From: Nitrospirota bacterium
Lineage (GTDB): Bacteria > Nitrospirota > UBA9217
Assembly: GCA_963749655.1 (NCBI GenBank)
Contig: CAVVOB010000021.1
Span: 32,001-96,000 of the forward strand
Length of the DNA: 64,000 bases
Direction: 5' to 3'
The notes beneath the pieces were generated by a model. The model made no database searches. It was not told the DNA's origin and worked only from the letters and a program-made list of their open reading frames with translations. This document shows positions 20,905 through 32,548 of the stretch, piece by piece. Numbering within the stretch: the stretch's first letter is position 1; the number at the start of each line of letters is the position of its first letter. A program made the translations under genes and the position numbers.

Positions 20905-22152
20905 CTACTCATGTTCTTCTCCCGTAATCTCATGAAGCATAGACAGCGTCTTATTGAGGTTCACGATCTCCTCCTGCTCCATGAGCTGGTATTTAAGCAG
21001 CATGTTCTCGCTCTCGACGAGCGACAGGAAGTCGGTCTTGCCGACCTGGTAGTTCGACGTAGCGGACTGGAGCGCCAGCCTTGCCTGCGGAATGATCCCC
21101 ATCTCGTAGAGCTGCAGGTGGTGCTCCGAGGTGGTCACCGCGGAATAGAGGTCCCGGACCCGGGCGATCGTGTCGAGCCGCTCGGCGTCGTATTCGTGTT
21201 GCGCTGCACTGAGGTCCGCGGAGGCCGCGTGCACGCCCGCCGACTTGTTCCAGAAGTAGAGCGGAACTCTGAACATGATGCTCGCCTGCCAGACGTTCGA
21301 CTTCTCGCCCCGGTCGAACACGCCGCCGGAGACGACCATGTCGGGCAGAAATTCCCTGCGGCTCAGGGAAAGGTCCTCGCGGCTCTGCTCCACCATGAGC
21401 TTCTTCCCCTGCAACGCAGGGGCATGGTTCAGCGCCCGGTCGGCCAGCTCGTCGACGGACATGAGCATGGCCTTCGCCGGCAGTTCGGCAGGCTTACCCA
21501 GGGGGGCCCGGGGATCGCGGCCCGCCAGCTTGTTGATGCGCGTCGCCTGGGTCGCTTTCTTCAGGTCCTCCTCGGCGATCCGGTCGAGGAGCATGGACAC
21601 CTCAAGCTGCGCCCGGATCACGTCCTGCTGGGTCCCTACACCGGTCGCGTAGCGAGTTTCTGCGATGCGCTGAAAGTTCTTCATGAGCTCCTTGGTCTGG
21701 TCCAGGATCTCGGCAGAGCGATGGGCGAGATAGTAGTCGTAATAGGCCTGGCGCAGCTCGTTCAGCACCTTGAGCTGTGCAGCGCGGACCGACTCGTGCA
21801 TCTGCTCCGCCTCCTTTCCCGCAGCGCGGCCTTTGGTCCCGAGCTTTCCAGGAAAGGGAATCTCTTGGGTGAAGACAACGCCCTGCATACTCATATCTTC
21901 CGAGCCCACGCTCCACGAGAACGGAGCCCCCACATTCTGTACCATGTAGCCGATCATGGGGTCGGGCATGGCGGCGGCAACAGTCTTCTTGTCGTCGGCA
22001 GCCTCGGCCTTCCTGGCTGCCGTAAGTATTTCGGGATTGTTCCCGAGCGCCTCCTGCTCCAGATCTGAAAGCGAGAGCAGCGCCTCGTCGGCATGGACGC
22101 CGGAGGGAATAAGAAATAGAGCTATCACGGCAGAATTCAGGATTGTTCTCAT
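20905..22152 (-). CDS. TolC-family outer membrane efflux protein
   Basis: Signal peptide, QEIPFPGKL, two OEP repeats; first gene of the cus-like operon. Confidence 0.9.
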   Translation of the reverse strand: MRTILNSAVIALFLIPSGVHADEALLSLSDLEQEALGNNPEILTAARKAEAADDKKTVAAAMPDPMIGYMVQNVGAPFSWSVGSEDMSMQGVVFTQEIPFPGKLGTKGRAAGKEAEQMHESVRAAQLKVLNELRQAYYDYYLAHRSAEILDQTKELMKNFQRIAETRYATGVGTQQDVIRAQLEVSMLLDRIAEEDLKKATQATRINKLAGRDPRAPLGKPAELPAKAMLMSVDELADRALNHAPALQGKKLMVEQSREDLSLSRREFLPDMVVSGGVFDRGEKSNVWQASIMFRVPLYFWNKSAGVHAASADLSAAQHEYDAERLDTIARVRDLYSAVTTSEHHLQLYEMGIIPQARLALQSATSNYQVGKTDFLSLVESENMLLKYQLMEQEEIVNLNKTLSMLHEITGEEHE

Positions 22153-22535
22153 CTTCAGGGCCTCCTCGCCGTATTTTGCAAAGTCCGGGCCATGGGGAGA
22201 GCAAAATAATACGACATAAATTCAATTACTTGTAGACAAGGCTGCAGTCCACCTTTATCATGCTGAAGCCTCTGCTTTACTCTCTGTAGTATTTGAGACA
22301 GCAGGAGGGTGTTTGAATCAGCTTTCGAAGATAATTTTACCAGAAAATCCAGCTGTCAGTGGGCGGCATGCATCCGTCAGCTTGCAGCGAACAGATTCAA
22401 AAAACAAGGGAAATGGATAAATGCGGAATTCGGAATGGGTAATGAAAATACGTACTGGCAGTCGGACAAACCGAGGCTTTAGAATCTTTGAGTTTTAAGC
22501 CGAACGCTGACCGCTGGCTGCTGATTTTACTGCGG

Positions 22536-22576
22536 AAAAAACAACCGGCCGTACCGGCTTGTGCCCGATACGGCCG
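22536..22576 (-). terminator. Terminator-like hairpin between galE and the cus operon
   Basis: CGGCCGTATCGG...CCGGTACGGCCG stem followed by GTTGTTTTTT. Confidence 0.55.
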
Positions 22577-22870
22577 TATCGCGGGGGGGTAACCGCACGA
22601 TTATAGGGAGGATTCGCCTGCATCCATATTGCAGCAGGATCAGAGTATAGTTATTGATACCGTAAATATAGCAGAATGTAAATCACCCGGGCGGGGTATT
22701 TTCAGGGTAGATGGAATCGGGCAGGAGGCCATTCTGAATTGTGGATTACGAGAACCAGCTAACAGGCGAAGCTTACGAGCTGTTCAGCTTACATGCCAAC
22801 CAGCTTGTCGGCTTGCCAGCTTGTACGTTTGCTTCATTCCGCATTCCTCATCCCGCAGTGCGTAACACTG

Positions 22871-23878
<1,008 letters not shown>

Positions 23879-24169
23879 TCAGCGGTCTATGTCAGCTGAC
23901 TAGCTTGGTTCATTAACCTGCGCTGAAAGCCGAAGCGGGATTGCTGGCATTCTTCATTTTTGCATTCCACATCTGGAGAGCCTTTTGTTTGACTGTGATT
24001 CGTTGCAAGCTGAGTGCTGATAGCCAACACTGTCCGAAATATACTCTAATCGTGGCGGAAATACAAGGGGAGGGGGCTCTGTTTAAAAAGGCAGCTGTTA
24101 GTGATCAGTCGTTCGTTTGTCAACTCGATTCCTCTACTCGATCGCCTGGCACTCTCCCTGAGACCTCTG

Positions 24170-24550
24170 TTACTGCGGCTCTCTGTTTTGCAGCCTTAGT
24201 TCAGGCAGACGCTTCAGCGATTCCCCTGTCACGCGCAAACGCTTTTTAATTCCTTTAGGCAGCGGATCGATCGCGACCCTGCTTCCCGAGCTCTTCAGGC
24301 TGCCGTCTTTTGCATGCACAGCGTAGTTCCAGTACCCGCTCTTTTCTTCACGCACGATTGTATAGCCGTCGGCAGTCTCCCAACCGTGCATGCGTTCGTC
24401 GCCCCAGAGCACGGCGCAAAACGTTGTTCCGTCGGGCTGTGACAGCTCGCGGACTCCGGGAAACGCGGGAACGGCGTGCGAATTCTTCGGCCAGGGTACT
24501 ACGAGTACAAATACGAACATTATGAGAGCAGCGGCTGCAAAATGCCTCAT
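24170..24550 (-). CDS. Secreted protein resembling only the N-terminal pro-region of M6 (immune inhibitor A-like) metalloproteases
   Basis: Signal peptide then VPAFP...QPDGT...GDERMHGWETADGYTIV; no HExxH domain. Confidence 0.7.
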   Translation of the reverse strand: MRHFAAAALIMFVFVLVVPWPKNSHAVPAFPGVRELSQPDGTTFCAVLWGDERMHGWETADGYTIVREEKSGYWNYAVHAKDGSLKSSGSRVAIDPLPKGIKKRLRVTGESLKRLPELRLQNREPQ

Positions 24551-25417
24551 TGTTGTGACCCCTGTGCCGGGCGCGATCCCACCCCTTTGTGCTCATAGAA
24601 CAGATCGCGCTTTCGGCACTTCCATGCGTCATCCTGTCAAAGGGAACCCCAAGTCCAGTCCAAAGCTTCCTACGCGATCCCGTAGGACTTATACAGATAG
24701 CTAGAAAAAGTGGCCTCTGAAAACGGTATTAGCAAAAGAGCGCCCTCGGGAGCCTGAGGATATCGCTCGTGTGCAATGTGTTGCGTAATTACAAATTCAA
24801 AATTATGACGGCTTGCTACTTGCCCATTGCCACTGGACCCTTGCGTTATTGATTCCGCACTCCGCAATTAGTTTTTTCTCTCCCTTTCTTCATTATACAC
24901 GGCACTGCAGGTGATGCGCCAATCCCCACCACTCCCGAACCTGTCTCCAGCTTGCCAGTACCACAGTTTAAAACAGTCATTTCGAGCAGTGATAACGGCA
25001 TTTCCTTATCTCCGAGCGACTGCCTGTTTTTTATCAGGATGATTACAAACAGAATCAACGATGTCGACCTTTGATTTCGCCCTATGAAGGAGTGACGAAT
25101 ATCGCTGCGGAAGGGATCGGGGCTGCAAATGACCATACGGAGACAGAGGGAGCATCTTGTCTGACATCAAGTCGATAAACCGGCCAGATGTAGAGTCAGA
25201 AGACATATGCTTTATCCTGAATGCGCTCTAAAAGCGGCGGTCTAAATGCACCGCAATGAAAATGACAGGGAGATGCTGCAAATCAACACCGACCAAGAAA
25301 GACAGAAAAACAAAGCAGGTTTTTTCAACGCAGGATCGCTCTCTTCGTTTAAAATCTTGAGTTTTTTGTGTGCATCTCCGGGAGGCGATCGAGGGAAGGA
25401 ATGGTTAAACCCGGCGG

Positions 25418-26287
25418 CTACTTTCCCATCTTGGCGAGCCTACCTTTGGCGATTTCAGCTTCGTTCGTTCCCGGATGCTCCTTGATCACCTTGTGAAAAT
25501 ACTCTTTTGCTTTGGCTGAGTTCTTTTCGCCCAGGTAGGAAAGTCCTATTTTAAGCTTGGCTCCTGCGACCTTGTCGCTCCGGGGATAGGTCTTGATGAC
25601 TTTGCTGAAAGCGTCGACGGCTTTTTTGAAATCATTCTTGGAATAATAACATTCTCCGATCCAGTACTGCGCCATGGCCGCCTGGCTGGCTTCGGGGAAC
25701 TGAGTGATATAATTCTGGAACCCTGCGAGCGCAAGATCGAAGTTGCCCGCGTCGTAATCACTCTTCGCCTGGCGATAGGCGTCTGAGGGTTCGATGGTTT
25801 TGGGAGGCGCTTGTTTCTCGAAAGCCGCCGATCCGGTCTGTCCCGAGACTGCGCCCGCTGCAGCGCCGGCCTGCTTCAGTTTCTGCTCGAGTGCTTCGAC
25901 CCGCGCGGTGAGCTCGACAACCTTGACCCCGCGGTCGTCGACCTTCTGCGCAAGCTCGGCGATCCGATAGTTATTCTCTTCGAGCTTGCCTTGGAGCAGC
26001 TGGATATCGGTCAGCAGCTGGTCGGATTTTGCCCCGTAGTCCGCCATGACCTTCTGCACATCGACCGTTCCCTTGAGGTTCGCGTCGAGGCTGTCGACAT
26101 GCTTCTGGAGCGCCTGCACGTCCTTGTCCAGGCGCTTCTGAATATCCTGGACTCGCTGTTTCGTCGTATTCACGTCGTCGCGCAGGCCGGTCATGTCAGA
26201 TCTCGTCTTGACCAACTCGGCCTGCGGCGCGCATGCCGAGACCAGAAACAGGACAGCGAAAACAGCAATTGAGCGGCTGATCGTCAT
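25418..26287 (-). CDS. cpoB: Tol-Pal system protein YbgF/CpoB
   Basis: Lipobox LVSAC, coiled coil, TPR AQYWIGECYY; downstream of pal. Confidence 0.9.
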   Translation of the reverse strand: MTISRSIAVFAVLFLVSACAPQAELVKTRSDMTGLRDDVNTTKQRVQDIQKRLDKDVQALQKHVDSLDANLKGTVDVQKVMADYGAKSDQLLTDIQLLQGKLEENNYRIAELAQKVDDRGVKVVELTARVEALEQKLKQAGAAAGAVSGQTGSAAFEKQAPPKTIEPSDAYRQAKSDYDAGNFDLALAGFQNYITQFPEASQAAMAQYWIGECYYSKNDFKKAVDAFSKVIKTYPRSDKVAGAKLKIGLSYLGEKNSAKAKEYFHKVIKEHPGTNEAEIAKGRLAKMGK

Positions 26288-26382
26288 GGGGACCTTTCGC
26301 GCAGAGGGAAGATAAAAAGCTGCCGGAACGGGATTACGGGGACCGTAGGAGCACGGCCCGCTTTTCCCGCTCCGGACGTCGG

Positions 26383-26934
26383 CTACTCGGCAGCAACGAA
26401 ATCGTTACGCCGGTTCTTCTGCCAGCAATCCTCCGTGCCTTGTGTGCAGACGGGCTTTTCCTTGCCGTAGCTGATGAGCGAAATACGCTTGCCCGATATG
26501 CCCAGGTCGGTGAGGTACTTCTTGGCGCTCGCTGCGCGACGCTGGCCGAGGGCCTGGTTGTACTCTATCGTGCCGCGTTCGTCACAGTTTCCCTCGATCT
26601 TGACCTTGGCCTTGGGATTGGCCTTGAGCCAGTCGGCATTCGCCTTCATGACCGCCTTGGCATCGTCGCGGACAAAGGATTTGTCGAAATCGAAATAAAT
26701 CGGCTGCAGGCCTGCCTGGGCGGCCGGGGCCTGTTCCTTCACCTCTTCAGCGGGCTTGGCCGCTTCCGGCGCAGGCGCTGCCGGCTGCTCGGCTTTCGGT
26801 TCTTCCTTCGCAGGCGCGGTCTCGGCGGGCGTCTCGGGAGCGGTGGTCACTTCAGCCTTCTTGGGACATCCCCAGAGAACAAAGACACTTAACAATAAAA
26901 TGATCGGAACATTCATACGAAAGATGCGTTTCAT
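26383..26934 (-). CDS. pal: Peptidoglycan-associated lipoprotein
   Basis: IYFDFDKS, IEGNCDERGTIEYNQALGQRRA, SYGKEKP. Confidence 0.95.
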   Translation of the reverse strand: MKRIFRMNVPIILLLSVFVLWGCPKKAEVTTAPETPAETAPAKEEPKAEQPAAPAPEAAKPAEEVKEQAPAAQAGLQPIYFDFDKSFVRDDAKAVMKANADWLKANPKAKVKIEGNCDERGTIEYNQALGQRRAASAKKYLTDLGISGKRISLISYGKEKPVCTQGTEDCWQKNRRNDFVAAE

Positions 26935-27140
26935 GAGCTCCTCCTCTGTGATTCCATCATTTTTTCATCCGCAAAAATACGCACATGAGCATGCTTATTC
27001 CCGTCTTTAAAATATCATAGGCCTCCTCCCTTGTCAACCTTTGTCAACGGGAAACAGGGCCGCATCTGTTCGCTTTCGTTGATGCATACCTGCGATACAA
27101 AAAAGCAGCGGTCAGTAAAAGCAGCGTCAGCTTTTGAACT

Positions 27141-27649
27141 CTACCATCGATTTTCATGCACCCGCGAGGCATCAAATCGGTCAGTCGCAGTCCTGGTTTC
27201 CTCGGGAAAACCCAGCGGGACTAGGGAAAAGGGAACAACGGTTTCCGGCAGCAAAAAAGCTTGCGAAAGTTCGCGACACGGTCATCGGTCGGGTAGACAC
27301 CGCACCACACCGCGCCCAGGCCCTTTGCATGGGCCGCGAGCAGCATGTTCTCCGTTGCCGCCGCACAATCGAGCACCCAGTGACCGGCGTAACGTTCCAG
27401 GGCCGTATCGCCGCAGACGAGAATGGCGACCCGGGCATGCTTCAGCATCGCCGAGTAGGGATGGAATTCCATAATCTTGCCGAAGATCGCGGGATCGGAA
27501 AGGACAATGAAATGCCACGGCCGCTCATTGCCCGCTGACGGCGCGCTCATCGCGGCTTTCAGGACGTCGTTGACGGCGTCAGGGGACACCTGCTTTGCCG
27601 CGTAGAGCCGTATGCTGCGTCGCGTAAATATCGCCTCGAGTGCGTCCAT
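27141..27649 (-). CDS. Nitroreductase family protein (frameshift in an A run near 27255)
   Basis: RRSIR, APSAGNERPWHF, MLLAAHAKGLGAVW; C-terminus LPETVVPFSLVPLGFP...HENRW in another frame. Confidence 0.88.
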
Positions 27650-27780
27650 GGTGCACCTTCCTTTCAAGAGCTGCTGTCAGCGGCCAGCCGTCAGCTTTCA
27701 GCTTGAACCAAGAAGAGACAAAACTCCTGATTTTTTACTGCTTGCATCGATCTATGCTTTGACACAAGCTGACCGCTGCT

Positions 27781-28845
27781 TTACCCCATGAAACACTGCG
27801 GGTCGTCGGCAAGAAAGTCCTCTCCGCCTTGAGCGCGGGAATAGGCATAAGCGATCGCCCTGCAGCCCCTGCAGAGCGCCCAGCGGCTGCAGCTCCCGCA
27901 TTTCCCCGTGTATCTCTTCCGGTCCCTGAGCGCCTCGAGCACGGGAGAGGCGGCCCAGACCTCCCGCAGGGAATCGCGCCTGACATTGCCGAGCGAAAGG
28001 GGAAGCCGTCTGCAGGGCAGCACGTTGCCGTTCGGTTGAATGGTCAGCCCCGACACACCGGCTGCGCAGCCGCTTACCGCCGTCGCGCCCGCGTCTCCGT
28101 TCGCGGCGATCTTCATCTGCGCCGCGACGGGATCGCCGGTAGTAATATCGAGGTTGACGATCTCCAGGGACAGGAGCGACTGGTACAGCTCCCGGAGCGG
28201 CTCACGGTCGAGCATGCAGGACATCAGCGTCCGTCCCTTTCCCGAGGGAACCAGGCGGGAGAACCCGATGCGCTGCACGCCGGCATGGGAGCCGAAGGCC
28301 ACGACTTTTTTCGCCTGGTCCGCGTTCAGGCTCGAGAGTGTGATATTGAGGGTCACGGCGAGGCCCGCGTCGACGAGCCGCTCGATCCCCGCTGCGGCAG
28401 CGGAAAAGCTTCCCCCACCACGGATGGAGTCGTGAACATCTTCCGGACCTTCGATACTCACCTGCACGCCCTTGACGCCGAGGTCCGCGAGCTTCCGGGC
28501 GCGCACCTGGTCCACGAGCGTCCCGTTGGTCAGGAGGAACACGTCGAATCCGGTGTTTTTGATCTCCGCGAGAATGTCGAACAGATCGTGCCGCAGGAAC
28601 GGCTCTCCTCCCGTTACATTTATGCTTCGGGTAAAAGCCATATCGTAGGTCTCGGACCATGCATCGACCAGGTCCGCGGCCTCATGCAGGGCTTTCCGGA
28701 TTTCCGAAAGGGACATCTCGTCGATGCCGCGCTCGCCCTGGTAGCAGTGCCGGCACCAGAGGTTGCAGCGTTCGGTGAGATGCCACTGAAAAAAGAAATC
28801 AAAGGGCTTGTGGTCTGGCTGACCGTTATGACGGTTAGTAAGCAT
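27781..28845 (-). CDS. Radical SAM/SPASM domain protein, putative peptide maturase
   Basis: FQWHLTERCNLWCRHC, TGGEPF, SPASM CAAG...PC...CGSC...CRGC...DPQC. Confidence 0.92.
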   Translation of the reverse strand: MLTNRHNGQPDHKPFDFFFQWHLTERCNLWCRHCYQGERGIDEMSLSEIRKALHEAADLVDAWSETYDMAFTRSINVTGGEPFLRHDLFDILAEIKNTGFDVFLLTNGTLVDQVRARKLADLGVKGVQVSIEGPEDVHDSIRGGGSFSAAAAGIERLVDAGLAVTLNITLSSLNADQAKKVVAFGSHAGVQRIGFSRLVPSGKGRTLMSCMLDREPLRELYQSLLSLEIVNLDITTGDPVAAQMKIAANGDAGATAVSGCAAGVSGLTIQPNGNVLPCRRLPLSLGNVRRDSLREVWAASPVLEALRDRKRYTGKCGSCSRWALCRGCRAIAYAYSRAQGGEDFLADDPQCFMG

Positions 28846-28857
28846 GATTGATGGCAG

Positions 28858-29093
28858 TTAATGCGATTCCGGAAAAGTTACGACGGCACAGGCCGGAGCG
28901 CCCTGCATAGGAAGCAGGCGTCCTCACCCGGTCTGGCCGCCGGGCTCGTTTGTGTTGCTGACCAGCAACATCAGGTCTTTCAGCCTTTTCATTTGTGACA
29001 AAACAGGCCGGGGCTCGATTTGGCCCGCTCTTTCAGGGCCTTCCAATATGCGGCTTCCTTGAGAAGGACCTCCCTGCTCACATTCTTCTTCAT
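28858..29093 (-). CDS. Putative RiPP precursor peptide with in-frame UGA (candidate selenopeptide); reading frame of the 3' half ambiguous
   Basis: AGGGAGGTGA RBS and ATG at 29093, MKKNVSREVLLKEAAYWKALKERAKSSPGLF...; directly upstream of the rSAM/SPASM gene; absent from the ORF track. Confidence 0.68.
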
Positions 29094-29192
29094 CCGGTTC
29101 TCACCTCCCTTCGCTCCGCATAAAATAAAGCATAGCATATTCCGGCAGTGCCGGACGACAGTCGCAGATACTCACCGCGCAGGACTTGATTC

Positions 29193-29954
29193 TCAGGGAT
29201 GGGCGACAGGCCGTCGTGTAAGCAGAGCTGCGGCTTCGCGATCGATCATCCACGTGACCGTGCCGCGCTCCGGCTTTACGAGCCCGGCAGGACAGCGTTT
29301 CGGATTGCCGTCTTCGAGGATCTCGTGCAGCACAGCCGCCTTTGCGCTGCCCGAGAGGAGGTACAGGACCTTTGCCGCATGGTTCAGGACCGGGAGCGTC
29401 AATGACACACGGTTCAGGTCCGGCGGTTCACGGAAGACGGGAACGGCAAGCCGCGTTCGTTCGCGCAGTGCCGGCGATCCGGGAAACAGGGACGCTGTAT
29501 GACCGTCTGCGCCAGCGCCGAGAAGGACGAGATCGAACACGGGGTAGCTTCCCTTGCCGAAATAGGAAGACAGGGACACCTCGTACTCCCGGGCCGCTGC
29601 TTCCGGGTCCGCTTCTCCGCGGATCCGGTGTATGTTTCCTTCCGGGATCATGACCTCGTCGAGCAGCGTTCTCTTCAGCATCCCGAAATTGCTGTTCCGG
29701 TCGCCAGGGGGCACGCACCGCTCATCGGTCCAAAAAAGGTGAAGCGAGGACCAGTCGATGCGTGCGCGGTAGGGGTCCGCAGCAAGGATGCTGAAAAGCC
29801 GTTTCGGCGTCGTTCCGCCGGACAGCGCAACGGCGACTCCACGCGCTGGTTTGTCCTTCTGCTCCGAGCAGGAAACGACAACATCGGCAGCCGCGCTGCT
29901 CAGGTCCTCGATGCTGTCGTAGACGCGCACCGCGGGATGTTCATCCTTCCTCAC
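29193..29954 (-). CDS. pgl: 6-phosphogluconolactonase
   Basis: [31 protein letters not shown]. Confidence 0.94.
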   Translation of the reverse strand: MRKDEHPAVRVYDSIEDLSSAAADVVVSCSEQKDKPARGVAVALSGGTTPKRLFSILAADPYRARIDWSSLHLFWTDERCVPPGDRNSNFGMLKRTLLDEVMIPEGNIHRIRGEADPEAAAREYEVSLSSYFGKGSYPVFDLVLLGAGADGHTASLFPGSPALRERTRLAVPVFREPPDLNRVSLTLPVLNHAAKVLYLLSGSAKAAVLHEILEDGNPKRCPAGLVKPERGTVTWMIDREAAALLTRRPVAHP

Positions 29955-31525
29955 AGCTGTCTCCAGGACCGGCCGTCCCGCCCGATCAGCTGCTGCGCAA
30001 CCGAAGGCCCGGCAGTGCCGGCGGCATAACGGGGAATGGTTGCTGCCGTGAGCGAGGCATCGAGTTTCTCGATCGCCGGCGAGAGGATCGCCCAGGACCG
30101 CTCCACATCATCCTCGCGGGTGAAGAGCATATGGTCGCCCTGCATGCAGTCCAGGAGCACCCATTCGTAGGCATCGAGCTCCACGTCCCGCGGATAGGAG
30201 TAGTCCATTACCACGGGAGCCAGGCAGACCTTCGTACCCGGCAGCTTTGCCTGGAAAATGAGGCTCATTCCGTCGTCGGGCTGCACCCTGAGCACTAGGA
30301 CGTTGGGCTCGATGGGTCCCTCTACCGTAGGAGGAAAGAGGAAGTGCGGGACCTGGCGGTAGTGGATCGAGATCTCGGTTATGCGACGGGGAAGCCGCTT
30401 GCCCGAACGAAGATAAAAGGGCACGCCGTTCCAGCGCCAGTTGTCGATCAATATTTTCATGGCCGCGAACGTGGGGGTCTTTGATTGGGACGATACACCC
30501 TGCTCCTCGCGGTAGCCCGGCACGGACGCGCCCTGGATGGCACCGCGGTCGTACTGGCCCACGGCGATGAATTCGTCCAGCTTGTCCGCGGGGAAGGGGC
30601 GGATGGAGCGGAACACCTTGATCTTTTCATCCCGCACCCGGTCCGCCTCGAAACCTGCCGGCGGCTCCATGGCCGTGAGCGCGAGCAGCTGAAACATGTG
30701 GTTCTGGAACATGTCGCGGATCACACCGGCATCCTCGTAGTAGCCGGCGCGGTGCTCGATGCCGAGGGTCTCGGCGGCTGTGATCTGCACGTGGTCGATG
30801 TAGCGCCTGTTCCAGAGGGGCTCGAAGATCGAGTTTGCGAAGCGGAACATCAGGATGTTCTGGACCGTTTCCTTCGCAAGATAATGATCGATGCGGTAGA
30901 TCTGACTTTCCTTGTAGTAGGTATGCATGAGCGCATTCAGCTTACGGGCCGATGCGAGATCGCTGCCGAAGGGCTTTTCCACGACCACCTGGCTCCGGCC
31001 TTTTTCCTCGCTTGCCAGTCCTGTGGCGCCGAGATTGTGGATCACATCCTCGAATACCGTGGGCGGGATGGCGAGGTAGAAGAGGCGGTTTCCGCCGGTC
31101 TGATGCTTCTTCTCCAGCTCCGGGAGCCGGTCCCGGAGGTCCCGAACATAGGAATTCCGGTTGCCGTAGTCGAAGGTGGAGTAGTACAGCTGGGGGGCGA
31201 AAGCGTCCCAGGCCTTGGGGTCGAAGTCACGCGGCAGGGCGATCTTCACCGCCTCCTCCATGGCGGTCCGAAACTGCTCCGGGGTCATCTCGATCCGGCT
31301 CGTGCCAAGGATGAAGAAGTGTCCGGGCAGGATACGGTTCTTGAAGAGCCGGTACAGGGAGGGAAGGAGCTTTCTTTTCGTGAGGTCCCCCGATGCGCCG
31401 AAAATGACGATGCCCGCAGAACGCGGAATCTCCATGTCGCAGTTCCCGATGGTCCGGTACTCAGGCTCTTCCGGGGAGCTCCGCTCCAGCACCGCTTCAC
31501 CGCCTTGTTTATCATGCTGCTCCAT
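29951..31525 (-). CDS. zwf: Glucose-6-phosphate 1-dehydrogenase
   Basis: [34 protein letters not shown]. Confidence 0.96.
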   Translation of the reverse strand: MEQHDKQGGEAVLERSSPEEPEYRTIGNCDMEIPRSAGIVIFGASGDLTKRKLLPSLYRLFKNRILPGHFFILGTSRIEMTPEQFRTAMEEAVKIALPRDFDPKAWDAFAPQLYYSTFDYGNRNSYVRDLRDRLPELEKKHQTGGNRLFYLAIPPTVFEDVIHNLGATGLASEEKGRSQVVVEKPFGSDLASARKLNALMHTYYKESQIYRIDHYLAKETVQNILMFRFANSIFEPLWNRRYIDHVQITAAETLGIEHRAGYYEDAGVIRDMFQNHMFQLLALTAMEPPAGFEADRVRDEKIKVFRSIRPFPADKLDEFIAVGQYDRGAIQGASVPGYREEQGVSSQSKTPTFAAMKILIDNWRWNGVPFYLRSGKRLPRRITEISIHYRQVPHFLFPPTVEGPIEPNVLVLRVQPDDGMSLIFQAKLPGTKVCLAPVVMDYSYPRDVELDAYEWVLLDCMQGDHMLFTREDDVERSWAILSPAIEKLDASLTAATIPRYAAGTAGPSVAQQLIGRDGRSWRQL

Positions 31526-32405
31526 AGACCCTCGCTTTCGGCTCGCTGATCAGGGCATTCCAGTCCGCGGAGAATTTCTCCATGCCCTTCTTCGTGAGCT
31601 CATGGTGAATATCGTAGTCTTGCCAGGGTTTGCCGAGGTCGATATGCCGGTACGCGATCGGCCTGAGGCCCCTGCTCTCGTAGTGGTAATCTTCACGGGG
31701 AACCGGCATGCCGGCCTCGCTCCATGTTTTCAGGACCTCATAGGGTGCGGTAATGATGTCCGACCCCAGCCTGAGGGCATAGAGCATATGGTCGAGGCTG
31801 CGCACGCTCGCGGTAAGGACCTCGACGTGCCCGTCTCCGGCCGCGTACATCTCGAGAATATGGGCGATCAGGTCCATGCCCTCTTCTCCCCGATCATCGA
31901 GCCTGCCGACAAAGGGAGAAACGTAGACCTGGCCTTTTCGCGCGCCCCGCGTTGCTGCATACACTGCAGCGGCCTGCTCCTGGGAGAAACAGAGCGTCAG
32001 GTTCACCCGCATGCCTGCCTGCACGGCCTGCTCCGCCGCGTTCAAGCCCTCCCGCGTCGTCGGGAATTTCACGTGAGCATTCGCGATCCAGGAGAACATC
32101 TCCTTTCCCTGCCGGAGCATGGTTTCAGCCCGCGATGCTGCGTCCGAGTAGACCTCCACGGACACCGATCCCCCGGGGATCAGTGCGGAGATTGAGGTGA
32201 CGACTTCGCGGTAAAAAGCAAGAATCTCTTCAGCGCTGAACCTGCCGCCCGCTTCCAGACGTTTTCGCGCTTCGGGATTCTTTGCGATCAAGGTCGGATT
32301 CGTAGTCTGCCCGTCGAGAAACCCGAGCAGTTCCTTGATCGTCTTTGTTTCGTTCGGATCGCCTCCATCGAGAAATATTCTCGTTTTCAGATTCTTCGGT
32401 TTCAT
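31512..32405 (-). CDS. tal: Transaldolase
   Basis: [36 protein letters not shown]. Confidence 0.92.
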   Translation of the reverse strand: MKPKNLKTRIFLDGGDPNETKTIKELLGFLDGQTTNPTLIAKNPEARKRLEAGGRFSAEEILAFYREVVTSISALIPGGSVSVEVYSDAASRAETMLRQGKEMFSWIANAHVKFPTTREGLNAAEQAVQAGMRVNLTLCFSQEQAAAVYAATRGARKGQVYVSPFVGRLDDRGEEGMDLIAHILEMYAAGDGHVEVLTASVRSLDHMLYALRLGSDIITAPYEVLKTWSEAGMPVPREDYHYESRGLRPIAYRHIDLGKPWQDYDIHHELTKKGMEKFSADWNALISEPKARVYGAA

Positions 32406-32548
32406 ACGCTCGCCTCCTTGTAAATTCAAAGGCCCCGAAGGCTGTTTCTAGGCTCAAGTTTCAAGTCTCAGTTTCAAGCTCCGGGCACCACGCATTCCTG
32501 CGTGCCCCTTGTCTTCATTTCGCATTCCGAATTCAAAACCATTACTTC

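Noticed and set aside
27141-27649. Nitroreductase as a RiPP azoline dehydrogenase of the rSAM cluster
   Set aside because: Looks like a generic short nitroreductase, not SagB/ThcOx type; no YcaO is present; linkage unproven
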